From a bacterium (GTDB lineage: Bacteria; Hinthialibacterota; Hinthialibacteria; Hinthialibacterales; Hinthialibacteraceae), in the NCBI GenBank assembly GCA_963662285.2, contig CAXXMV010000008.1:992001-1056000 (forward strand): a stretch of DNA of 64,000 bases, in the 5' to 3' direction. The position numbers and the translations under genes are program-made. Position 1 is the stretch's first letter; each line of letters opens with the position of its first letter. The notes under the pieces were generated by a model. The model did not search any database and was not told where the DNA came from. It worked only from the letters and a program-made list of their open reading frames with translations. Below, piece after piece: positions 50,201 through 57,828 of the stretch.

Positions 50201-50596
50201 GGGAAGGTGGAACGTTCCCAGATCCATCTGGTTCAGTTTAGCAATGAATTCCAGGCAATCGTTCCATGGGACTTGTTCAACCGGATTGTTTGGTTTTCCA
50301 CTATAATATGAAGGATTGTTTCCCATCACCGCTTCCCATTGTGCTTGAGTCACTTCATATTTCCCCATATAAAAGGATTTGCTGATTGTTACCTGGTGCT
50401 GTGGGCCTTCATCGGAATATCGATCTTGTTCGCTATCCGGGCTTCCCATAGTAAAACTCCCCGCCGGGATCAAAACCATCTCCAGCGGTTTGGCGCCTTC
50501 GGGGAGGTTGGGGAGATCGATGGTGATGGTATCTTGAGCAATTGCTCCACAAATAAATTGGCAAAATATCAAAACGGTCAATAATATTGCTCGCAT
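44264..50596 (-). CDS. Giant secreted protein: three tandem FGE-sulfatase/CLec modules, Pro/Thr linkers, inactive clan CD domain, two shared C-terminal domains
   Basis: Signal peptide MRAILLTVLIFCQFICGAIAQ (ATG 50596 after GGAGA); three copies of IPAGxFxMGSP...YE[VI]TQAQW...LPTEAEWEYACRAGT...GLFDMxGNVxEWC...RGG.W...GFR. Confidence 0.88.
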   Translation of the reverse strand: MRAILLTVLIFCQFICGAIAQDTITIDLPNLPEGAKPLEMVLIPAGSFTMGSPDSEQDRYSDEGPQHQVTISKSFYMGKYEVTQAQWEAVMGNNPSYYSGKPNNPVEQVPWNDCLEFIAKLNQMDLGTFHLPTEAEWEYACRAGTTERFYWGDDLYYSQINDYAWYSGNNSPSGTKEVGTKLPNPWGLFDMSGNVNEWCQDTYSGYSSTPEIDPVVTNSGNFRVLRGGSWCNDAWQCRSADRINVYPDYTYYYVGFRISRTAEIEPTPTPVVPTNTPMPTPTKTPTPMPTNTQVPPTPTPTIDIEIITVDIPNLPEGAKPLEMVLIPAGTFMMGSPSSEQDRNSDETQHQVTLTQDFYIGKYEVTQAQWEAVMGNNPSYFSGKPNNPVEQVLWNDCQKFITKLNQMSQGTFRLPTEAEWEYACRAGTTERFYWGDDPNYTQIEDYAWYTGNNSVNGSKEVATKLPNPWGLFDMIGNVYEWCQDTYSGYSSTPKIDPIITNSGNYRVLRGGSWYNMARYCRSAVRNDYENPVSTYSGSGFRLCRTYENEPKPTNTTTPTFTNTPVPPTPTPKLVIESITVNIPNLPEGAKPLEMVLIPAGTFMMGSPSSERNRGSDETQHQVTLTHDFYIGKYEITQAQWEAVMGNNPARNYGVGPNYPVYYVSWNDCQEFITKLNQMGLGTFRLPTEAEWEYACRAGTTERFYWGDDPNYTQIEDYAWYSGNNIVNGAKEVATKLSNPWGLFDMSGNVWEWCQDWYSDYPSTPITDPIVTNSGNYRVIRGGIWSNYAGDCRSAYRNSDSPIYTGNINGFRVSRTDGIEPTPIPTLSIEIPQDSFICDVDWIKYEDNVGRDIYYDFSSGQMNDNGQVILPSESIRSAPSTESDSVYSWLYNPQRDLRAGLIDGAYRVWTPQAEDDAVTLGTAYLFSTSSTPNGSKEWEMTARFSNFKNMNQQQYYYGFGVGCSSSQLGFFTSSFRISWFSGLMNGKAYHNALRLNATLDNNYESGVNKYYWELLEDDNNPDLLEGYNPDTVIIDTRCKVSNNGLTIEGFYRINSDSEDDFHLAFSRTLSPDQGTIYGSNYALPYIAQGSGLVDESQPKPTQTPTIEDWPTPTPTKTPEPLPTPTPEVTSNEPGVHITTKEILRRCSGKSVSFQVIVEGLNGFNDKVRLQLKEIPSDFDARIFPNSVVPPSRATLILTPKSDAGIFDNADGYSVEELVIQALTPKSKSVEETAYINILPRGAMILKDPVPREPYQIDLRSTSKGEETVGQTVKIKGQIYNNPAIRYITVSALRPGEFAPEIHPNVEVSKRGGYFDTEFEIRHSDQLVLDSNDAPWKIEAFYKSGTRDNPFNAVSEPLYLRVGASNPIAGKRSSRQLNMIASTDGDQSKIFCGQVIIVGGAQGKTISTNAIYNLTSSLYENLIFERRFDIESVQYLAPVPVDPSIGQRASNQSLAAAISNASMADYLLLYLVGDGDNGFFDLSSNESLTGDSLRSLLDERLQDATKHTLLIIDTHQAGVIKENFTTQANLEVIASTGSSEDSIAIFSVSDEGQPFSFSDLFFDGLMRGKTIRDSLAYSRKHLRRIQEPNIQQIPVPLENDLSEPFASLVLGTAYTPENEPMADNLPPRIEEVPDSMKILRGGTLHLKVKIRDEEEEDKDSSGEDVILSVRITEFGTSISYEIPATYLPDSDELDIHVENFPIEPFGENASNGQYTLSMLVQDNTDNSTAPAITSIDVIAPMQTYEFGESGLAESGWAEIPGGFSGAIPGRISMQGFNNPSIIPSSQDQKGMAIQVEPGQVAFVYATTPIQTNGSPILLRAMMRSTSQNAAIWCVGLKGDLSKTEQVDGSLTLTNAMTASAFLAQEKRNILLYNPIGEEPVTPVIQVQGNGDSATTVWIDRVEIYEIDPTKSYPSELFTMIETQPNSQTAQTSFQPDAVYEFDGASQWLEIPGGFEGANPGSIDLVDFGNNYNILPSSLDRKGLAVSMDKDELALIFSALPISVENEPVLMRMKVQASSSNVSNWLIGLKGNVATGENVDGSKGYNYLSQSYDYSNSEKTIILLYEPDSGTLITPGIQTTNKSGNGQAILYIDRMEIYKLKSGLYYPGSLFNGE
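48167..48262 (-). repeat. DGR-like variable repeat VR-C (internal, third CLec module)
   Basis: CGT GGC GGT ATC TGG AGC AAC TAC GCC GGG GAC TGT CGT TCG GCG TAT CGT AAC AGC GAC AGC CCT ATC TAC ACG GGC AAC ATC AAT GGA TTT CGT; 13 of 13 variable codons are NNC. Confidence 0.75.
48977..49075 (-). repeat. DGR-like variable repeat VR-B (internal, one extra codon)
   Basis: CGG GGC GGC AGC TGG TAC AAC ATG GCT AGG TAC TGT CGT TCG GCG GTT CGT AAC GAC TAC GAG AAC CCT GTC AGC ACG TAC AGT GGA AGT GGG TTT CGT; 10 of 13 NNC. Confidence 0.68.
49826..49921 (-). repeat. DGR-like variable repeat VR-A (internal, first CLec module)
   Basis: CGC GGC GGC AGC TGG TGC AAC GAC GCC TGG CAA TGT CGT TCG GCG GAT CGT ATC AAC GTC TAC CCT GAC TAC ACG TAC TAC TAC GTT GGG TTT CGT; 12 of 13 NNC. 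Confidence 0.75.
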
Positions 50597-50636
50597 ATTT
50601 ATTCTCCACAATTAATTCAAAAATTATTTTCAATGT

Positions 50637-53600
50637 CTAATTTGAAAACAGTTCACCGGCAAATGCTTTGCCCGGTTCTAAGGAATAGATTTCCATCTTA
50701 TCAATATAAATAGAATTCTTCAGGGCGTTTATCGGGCTTGCGACTTGAATGGCTGGCGTCATCCATTCTCCTTCGTCGGGTTCGTATAACAAAATGATTG
50801 TTTTTTCCCGTCCAGCGCTGTTTGAGACGTTGGCCCATTGCCGGAATCCCAGCGAGCCATCTATCCCGGCGCCCGTTATGAGGTTCCCTTTTAAGCCAAC
50901 CAACCATAATGAAGCATCCGGCGTAACTGACTGAACTCTTACCTTAATCAGATAAGGATAGCCAGTGTATTGCAATGATTGCTCCGAGAAGGCGAAAGCA
51001 ACCTGCCCGGATTGCACGGTGAAAGCCAATCCCCGACGATCATCGCTGGAAAAAAGCAGGTTGTCTTCATAGGGAAAATCAACTGGCGTAATAGAACCTT
51101 CCGGCGCTCCGGTAAAATCGCTCTGCGCTTTGCGCCAATTCATGTCCTGAAGAGTCTTTTGGGAGAAATCGTATTTGATGAAAGGTTCAGGATCGTTAAT
51201 CATCAACTGGCTTTCCGCTACATTCATGTATGAAGAGAATAATTCGGAGGGATAAGAAAGATTGTCATCAATTTCGTATAGCTCCACCCGATCAATAAGA
51301 ACAGTGGTCACTCCATCCATATCCAATCCGGCTACCTGAATTAAAGGCGTAATGGATTCGTTTTCAACGGGGTGATATAAAGCAATTAATTTTCGCTCCC
51401 CGCTGGATAGCACGGAAGAATGTGAATTAGTGATTAAAGACTGAGATTCGTCTACATCAATCAATGTATTAAAATCTCCTTTCAATGCTGTCAGCCATAC
51501 AGCCGCATGTGGAGAGTTGGAGCGCATGGTCGCTCGAATCAAAACAGTTTTCCCTTTGGTCGGGAAAGATTGCATTGCATGAACAAGAACCACCTGATTT
51601 CGTTTAACGCTTATCGCCAGACCTTTCTTATCATGGCTGGATGGAATGAGAGAATCATCAGTTTTAAAATCAATACAATAGGCGGCGCCGGGCTGCGCTC
51701 CTCCAAATCCTCCATTGATAATATTCCATCCGGAATCATTAGGATTATCCTGCTCGAATTCATCCTTCCTAGCAGGTCCAACCACTTCTATAGAAGTAAT
51801 CGCCGGCGCCGTTGAATTACCGGTATTGTCCTGAACCAACATGTTTAATGTATACTGCCCATTTGAGGCATTAGGTCCGAAAAGTTTTTCGGGGAAATTT
51901 TCTTCTAAGATTTCAAATTCGTCATCTTTAATAAACCGGGCGCTTACATCATGGTTTATCGATGTTCCATGCTGAGTAATGCGAACGTTGAGAAGAACGT
52001 CTTCGCCATTACTGACATCTTCATCATCACGTTCTTCATCACGTATTCGTGCTTTTAATTTCAAGGTTTCACCGCGGACAATTTGAATGGTCGACGGGAT
52101 ATCGATAATGCGCGGGGGAAGATTGTCTTCCAAGGGCTTGCCCTGGGGGACATAGGCGGAGCCAAGCACTAGTGAAGCAAAAGGCTCTTTGAGTTCGCCT
52201 TCTAACGGAACGGGAATCTGAAATATGTTAGGTTCTTGAATACGGCGCAAATGAATACGGGCGTATTTAAGGGATTCTTTAACATTTTCCCCTCTTAAAA
52301 GTGCATCAAAAAAGAGATCCGAAAAAGAAAACGGTTGCCCCTCATCGGTTCTGCCAAAAATTGCTTTACTGTCTTGGGTGGAACCGGTACTCGCAATCAT
52401 TTCAAAGTTGAGTTCATCAGGCATGCTTTCACGCATTATACCCGCTTGAGGAGCATCAAGAATTACGAGCGTATATTTACTTTTATCCTGGATTCGTGAA
52501 CGCAACAAATTCTTAAGTATTCCACCATTAATAAAATCAGCTTTTGAAGCAAATTGAAAGAAACCTCCATCTTCAGATCCAACAAGATATAGAATTAAAT
52601 AGTTAGCATCTTGTGAATCTGAAATTGCTTGCTCTAAAGCTTCATATGATGATATTACACCAACGGAAGGATCAACATCACTAGTAGGCGCCAGATAATG
52701 AATCGATTCTTCATCAAAACGCCTTTCATCAATTAAATTGTGATAGAGAGGAGTTGTAAGCATCTCAATAGATTTCGTATTAACTTCCAATCCACCAACT
52801 CCGCCAACAATGATAACATGACCCGAAAAAATATGGGATCCATCGCCCGTAGAAGTAACAACATTCAAATATCGATTCCGCTGTTTTGCTGATAGAGCAG
52901 GATTTTCCGAGCCGACTTTTAAGTACAACGGATTACTCGCCGCGCGAAAAGGATTATCCCAAGTTGTCCCTTTGTAAAAAGCTTCAATCTTCCAGGGTGT
53001 ATCGTTGTTATTGAGCACTAAATGACTATCTTTTTCAACAAGAAATTCCGTAACGAAATTGCCTCCACGCTTAGAAATTTCTACTTCATCATCGATAATG
53101 GGAACAGATTCTCCCGGTCGTAATGCAGAAACAGTCAACCAACGAATTCCGGGATTATCGTGAATCTCTCCTCGGATAACGACTTTATCTCCAATCCTTT
53201 CCCTATTTCTGGATTCTGTTCGTAAATCGATAAAAAACGGTTCACGCGGAACGGGAGAATTATAAAGAGGCGCCCCATAAGGCAATAGATGTAAATAAGC
53301 AATTATTTCTTCAACTTTATCGCTGCCTGATAGAGCTTGAATTAGAAAGGAATCAACGAGAGGGATATCTCCGCTAATTCCATTAAAAATAGTCTTGTCT
53401 CGTGGAGAGATAATTAAGGTAGATTGATTATTTGGAACAAACTTTTGATGCGAAAACTGTGCATCAAAACCATCGGGCAAATCCCTAACCTGGAGACGAA
53501 CCTCTTCGTTAAATCCATTAAATCCCTCAACGATGACCTGAAAAGTGACGGTTCCTCCATTCGTCCGCTGAAGAATTTCTCTAGTCGTTATTCTTATTCC

Positions 53601-56600
53601 AGGTTCCTTCGAGGTCTCATCCGGCGTAGGTTCGAAAATCGGATCATCAGGTTCTTCAGGAGTAGGCGTTGGCATATCCGGTGTTGGTATATCCGGCGGT
53701 GGGGTATCTATCGGAGTAGGCATATCTATCGGCGTTGGCTTAAAAGTAAAATCGCGCACAATTCGAAATGAGATTGTTTCAATGCCAATTTTGGGATTGG
53801 CGCTATCTCTTGCCGCAGACCGGCAACCGCCAATACTATCGAAAAAGCCGCCTCTTACAACACGGTTTTCTCCTTCATTTGGTCCTTGAGGATCAATTAC
53901 TGAAGATGAATTATATTCTGTATACCAATCGGCGCACCATTCATTCTGGTTGCCGCTCATATCATATAATCCCCAGTCGTTAGGTGATTTCCCACCTACC
54001 GTTTGAGGTGAATGACGAGAGTTAAACCAATTCCATGCATAATTATTAATTTCGGTATTGCTTTCATCTTCTCCCCAATAAAACCGTTCTGTGGAATCTG
54101 CCCGACAAGCATATTCCCATTCGGCCTCTGTAGGTAGACGGAAATTTCCGATATTCAATTTATTCAATTCTTCAATGAAATGATTGCAGTCTTCCCATGA
54201 AACAGCATCCACCGGATAATTAGAACCACCATAAACAGATGGCTTAACATTCATTACAGCAAACCACTGTTCTTGAGTGATTTCATATTTCGACATATAA
54301 AAGGGCCTTGAAATAGTCACTTCATGTTGAGGTCCTTCATTGGGATCTCTACCTTTCTCATAGGAGGGACTTCCCATCAGAAAGGTTCCGCTAGGAATAT
54401 AAACTAATTCAAGTGGTTTTGATCCTTCATAAAGATTTAACGGGACATCAATAAGCATGATTGGAGTGGGAGAAGGTATGGGTGTATGCGTCGGCGTATT
54501 TGTCGGCCTTGGGGTATCTGTCGGCGTCAGAGTATTGGTCGGCGTAGGTGAGTTCGTTGACGTCGGAGTATGCGTGAAAGTATTTGTTGGAGTTGGCGGA
54601 TATGGAGTTAATGTCGGAGGAAGAGACTCATGATCTCCCATTATTCTCAAAGAAACATCATCGTACCATAATATAGAATCTACGCTTTCGGTTGATCCCA
54701 TAAATCTACCGAAATATAATTTAACATATTTTGCGCTCTCCGGCATACTGTTTTTTGGAATAATAAATTGGGCGTATCGCCAATCTCCTGCCAGTCCATT
54801 GGGATAATAGGTTGTCAAACCTATATCATCCCCTTCATCGTTATATGCTCTTATCCCAATTTCCGCAACATCTCCACTAAGGGCGGGCTTATCCCATAGA
54901 TACCAAAATGTAAGTAGATACTGTTTTGATCGATCAAACTCAATCAAATCGATAGTGCTCCAATGTAATGAATAGTTTTGAACTGATGAACCTGCAATTT
55001 TTACAGAAGATGAAAATGAATGAGCAATAATACGATCCCAGATCAGGTTTCCACCAGAACCGGGATTCTCCCATCCCATAGGTAAAGAACCACTGGCAAT
55101 ATTAAATGATGGATTAGGTATCAAATTAACAGCAATAAAAGGCGTACTCGTCGCTGTTGGTGGATTTGGAGTATCAGTCGGAGTTGGTTTCGGCGTATCG
55201 GTTGGCGTCGGTTTCGGCGTATTGGTTGGCGTCGGTTTCGGCGTATTGGTTGGAGTAGGTTTTGGCGCGTCGGTTGGAGTCGGTCTAGGCGTATCAGTAG
55301 GTTTCGGAGTTGTCGTATAAGTTGGCGTCGGCAGTATTTCGTTGGCATCCCAAAACAATACAGGATCAAGAGAGGTTAATAGATATGCTCCATCAGAAGT
55401 TATGGCATAGACTAAGAATTTGTATAATTTTTTATACTGCGGACCATCAACAAATGAATCTGTAAGAAAAGGATTTCCTATCCGCCATTCAAAGTAGTAT
55501 ACAGATCCAGATTTTGTTTGTCCTAAAAATTGAGGAAATCCATTATCAATCTTAACATAAATATGGAAATTAGCAGCGTCTGATTTGCTATAATTCCATC
55601 GAACCGCAAGAGCTCTATCGTGGGCGACGTCGATATCGTAGCCACCATTTAGTTTCTCTGTTGATTGCAGATGATCGGTAACAACCACAGTATCTACAGG
55701 AATATTAAGCGGCACAGGTGGAATAGTATTGGTTGGCGTCAATGTTGGAGTATAGGTAGGCGTAGGGATGGGAGTATTTGTAAAAGTAGGAGTAGGTGTA
55801 GGGATATCGGAAAAATCAATTACGCCGGAACTGAAAGAACTGGTACTTCCAATAGTTAGATTAACAATCACGGTAAAACGGTAAGATTTATTGAATTGTG
55901 GTCCACCCTTAACGCTCTCATCGAAAATAAGAGGATTTCCTTCTCTCCACTCAAAGGATGTGGTGAGTGGATCAAGGTTGGCCGCCAGACGAACTTGACC
56001 TGTTCCCGTTCCAGCGACATTTAATTGAATCGCTTTGGGTTGAGATAGAAAGCCGCCAATGTTCCAATGAATCATCAACGCCCGATCTGATGGGGCGTCA
56101 TAATCCGTCTTGTCCATAAGATTCTCAGTGGATTGCCCATCATCTGTGACATAAATCATTTTCGGAGGAACCTCAATAGAAATGTAAGGCCTCCAGGGAG
56201 TTGGAGTAGTTATAACCGTCGGCGTATTAGTGGGAACAGGCGTCTCAGTGTAGGTAAAAGTAGGCGTCGGCGGTTTGTGCGTCGGTACTGGAGTGTAGGT
56301 ATTTGTAGGATTTGGGGTATTAGTAAATGTGGCCGTTGGTGGATATGGAGTATTCGTTGGCGTAGGCGTCGGGTTGGTCGAGGTATTTTTCCAACCATTT
56401 AAAATAACCTGTCCGACTGAAGAATCATCACGGCTATCATATATCTTGGTTAAATTTGAGATTTCTTGATTCAATTCAGTTGTAGTAGGTTCACCCCAAT
56501 AATTTACATTCGCTATGATTGCAGCCGCTCCGTTGTTTTTGAGTTCGTACGAGTGATTATCAAAAACATCATTAAAATATATCCAACTATATGTATCCGT

Positions 56601-57803
56601 AGAGATTGATGTTTGGATGCCTATATTGTTGTTCTGAATAATATTATTAATTAATTCACCACTTGATGTGGTAATATTAATGCCAATTTTCCCATTGTAA
56701 CTAATTATACTGCCATTGGAACTCAGGGCATTTGATATTCCATTATTTGTATTATAAGTAATCTCACTACTGGTTAATTCGGCAATAAAAGCGGAAGCAA
56801 TTCCATTCCACTTGTTTCCACTAATAATACTATTTTCGATAATCGCTGATGAGTTTGATCCATAATAGGAACCAATCCCGTCAGCGTCATTATCAAGTAT
56901 TCTGGAATTATTTTTTACAATAACATATCCGCCGCCATACTCAGAGCAATCGCATATTCCATGCCCGGGAAAGGCGCCTCCATTAATCGTGTTGCTTATT
57001 ACACAATTATCCACTGTTATTTTTGTTGCATAAATTCCATACCACCCATTGCCCGCTATCTGACAATTTCTGGCATTGACAGTACTCCTCCATCCATTTA
57101 TTCCTGCTCTACCATCCGTGGAATTATTAAGAATTTGACAATTCTCGATAGTCAAGACGCCTTCCCATAGATAAATGCCATCTTTCGTATTTTTTTCAAT
57201 CAGGCTATCTTTGATATCCAGATTAAGGCTCTTTTCTAATTGAATTCCAGTTTGGTTATTGGAAATAATAAGATCAGACAAGGTAGAATTAACCTTCAAA
57301 TGCAATCCAAACTCTTTATTTTCATTTATAGTCAGATTGCTGAATGAAGGATTCCCGCTATTAACAGTTATACCATTAATACCATAATAAATCTGACAAT
57401 TTTTCAAGGAAATATTTTCACCGTAAAAAATCAATCCATACCAATCCCCTTTTACCGGTGACGTGGAAGAAGAAGTAAATACAATTGGCGAGGTTTCCGT
57501 ACCTTGCGCTATCAGCGATCCATTATCGACGATTATTTCTATGCGCGAGGTATGTACACCGCCGATTTGAGCATCTACATTCGCATCGCATTCTATTCGC
57601 GTTCCCGGAAGAATAGTCAATTCGCCCGAACTGGTGACAGTCACATCACCCTTCAATTGCACAACGCCCGACCAGGTTTCCTCACCGGAAATTTCACCAT
57701 AGGTTGTAAGTGAATATGAAGTTTGAGAAAAGGAAAAGGAAAAATAACACATTAGAAGAAAAATATATTTATTACGAGTGTAATAGATATTGATATACTT
57801 CAT
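50637..57803 (-). CDS. Giant secreted protein: right-handed beta-helix, two copies of an unknown domain, CBM4/9-like domain, one FGE/CLec module, inactive clan CD domain, two shared C-terminal domains
   Basis: GDVTV...LTILPGT...FTS...GDWYG and NN..GI parallel beta-helix repeats; NLIPNPSF...WYDDVSL; RLPTEAEWEYACRA; shared C-terminal ~990 aa architecture. Confidence 0.85.
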   Translation of the reverse strand: MKYINIYYTRNKYIFLLMCYFSFSFSQTSYSLTTYGEISGEETWSGVVQLKGDVTVTSSGELTILPGTRIECDANVDAQIGGVHTSRIEIIVDNGSLIAQGTETSPIVFTSSSTSPVKGDWYGLIFYGENISLKNCQIYYGINGITVNSGNPSFSNLTINENKEFGLHLKVNSTLSDLIISNNQTGIQLEKSLNLDIKDSLIEKNTKDGIYLWEGVLTIENCQILNNSTDGRAGINGWRSTVNARNCQIAGNGWYGIYATKITVDNCVISNTINGGAFPGHGICDCSEYGGGYVIVKNNSRILDNDADGIGSYYGSNSSAIIENSIISGNKWNGIASAFIAELTSSEITYNTNNGISNALSSNGSIISYNGKIGINITTSSGELINNIIQNNNIGIQTSISTDTYSWIYFNDVFDNHSYELKNNGAAAIIANVNYWGEPTTTELNQEISNLTKIYDSRDDSSVGQVILNGWKNTSTNPTPTPTNTPYPPTATFTNTPNPTNTYTPVPTHKPPTPTFTYTETPVPTNTPTVITTPTPWRPYISIEVPPKMIYVTDDGQSTENLMDKTDYDAPSDRALMIHWNIGGFLSQPKAIQLNVAGTGTGQVRLAANLDPLTTSFEWREGNPLIFDESVKGGPQFNKSYRFTVIVNLTIGSTSSFSSGVIDFSDIPTPTPTFTNTPIPTPTYTPTLTPTNTIPPVPLNIPVDTVVVTDHLQSTEKLNGGYDIDVAHDRALAVRWNYSKSDAANFHIYVKIDNGFPQFLGQTKSGSVYYFEWRIGNPFLTDSFVDGPQYKKLYKFLVYAITSDGAYLLTSLDPVLFWDANEILPTPTYTTTPKPTDTPRPTPTDAPKPTPTNTPKPTPTNTPKPTPTDTPKPTPTDTPNPPTATSTPFIAVNLIPNPSFNIASGSLPMGWENPGSGGNLIWDRIIAHSFSSSVKIAGSSVQNYSLHWSTIDLIEFDRSKQYLLTFWYLWDKPALSGDVAEIGIRAYNDEGDDIGLTTYYPNGLAGDWRYAQFIIPKNSMPESAKYVKLYFGRFMGSTESVDSILWYDDVSLRIMGDHESLPPTLTPYPPTPTNTFTHTPTSTNSPTPTNTLTPTDTPRPTNTPTHTPIPSPTPIMLIDVPLNLYEGSKPLELVYIPSGTFLMGSPSYEKGRDPNEGPQHEVTISRPFYMSKYEITQEQWFAVMNVKPSVYGGSNYPVDAVSWEDCNHFIEELNKLNIGNFRLPTEAEWEYACRADSTERFYWGEDESNTEINNYAWNWFNSRHSPQTVGGKSPNDWGLYDMSGNQNEWCADWYTEYNSSSVIDPQGPNEGENRVVRGGFFDSIGGCRSAARDSANPKIGIETISFRIVRDFTFKPTPIDMPTPIDTPPPDIPTPDMPTPTPEEPDDPIFEPTPDETSKEPGIRITTREILQRTNGGTVTFQVIVEGFNGFNEEVRLQVRDLPDGFDAQFSHQKFVPNNQSTLIISPRDKTIFNGISGDIPLVDSFLIQALSGSDKVEEIIAYLHLLPYGAPLYNSPVPREPFFIDLRTESRNRERIGDKVVIRGEIHDNPGIRWLTVSALRPGESVPIIDDEVEISKRGGNFVTEFLVEKDSHLVLNNNDTPWKIEAFYKGTTWDNPFRAASNPLYLKVGSENPALSAKQRNRYLNVVTSTGDGSHIFSGHVIIVGGVGGLEVNTKSIEMLTTPLYHNLIDERRFDEESIHYLAPTSDVDPSVGVISSYEALEQAISDSQDANYLILYLVGSEDGGFFQFASKADFINGGILKNLLRSRIQDKSKYTLVILDAPQAGIMRESMPDELNFEMIASTGSTQDSKAIFGRTDEGQPFSFSDLFFDALLRGENVKESLKYARIHLRRIQEPNIFQIPVPLEGELKEPFASLVLGSAYVPQGKPLEDNLPPRIIDIPSTIQIVRGETLKLKARIRDEERDDEDVSNGEDVLLNVRITQHGTSINHDVSARFIKDDEFEILEENFPEKLFGPNASNGQYTLNMLVQDNTGNSTAPAITSIEVVGPARKDEFEQDNPNDSGWNIINGGFGGAQPGAAYCIDFKTDDSLIPSSHDKKGLAISVKRNQVVLVHAMQSFPTKGKTVLIRATMRSNSPHAAVWLTALKGDFNTLIDVDESQSLITNSHSSVLSSGERKLIALYHPVENESITPLIQVAGLDMDGVTTVLIDRVELYEIDDNLSYPSELFSSYMNVAESQLMINDPEPFIKYDFSQKTLQDMNWRKAQSDFTGAPEGSITPVDFPYEDNLLFSSDDRRGLAFTVQSGQVAFAFSEQSLQYTGYPYLIKVRVQSVTPDASLWLVGLKGNLITGAGIDGSLGFRQWANVSNSAGREKTIILLYEPDEGEWMTPAIQVASPINALKNSIYIDKMEIYSLEPGKAFAGELFSN
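55165..55315 (-). repeat. Coding tandem repeat, ~24 bp unit (TPKPTPT[ND])
   Basis: TPKPTDTPRPTPTDAPKPTPTNTPKPTPTNTPKPTPTDTPKPTPTDTP linker. Confidence 0.8.
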
Positions 57804-57828
57804 TTTTTGGCTCCCAATTCATAGATGA

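Noticed and set aside
53761-53860. Seventh FGE/CLec module (in 50637-57803) as a DGR variable repeat
   Set aside because: Its end (RGGFFDSIGGCRSAARDSANPKIGIETISFR) lacks the NNC pattern and the module is diverged from the others; it serves as an internal negative control.
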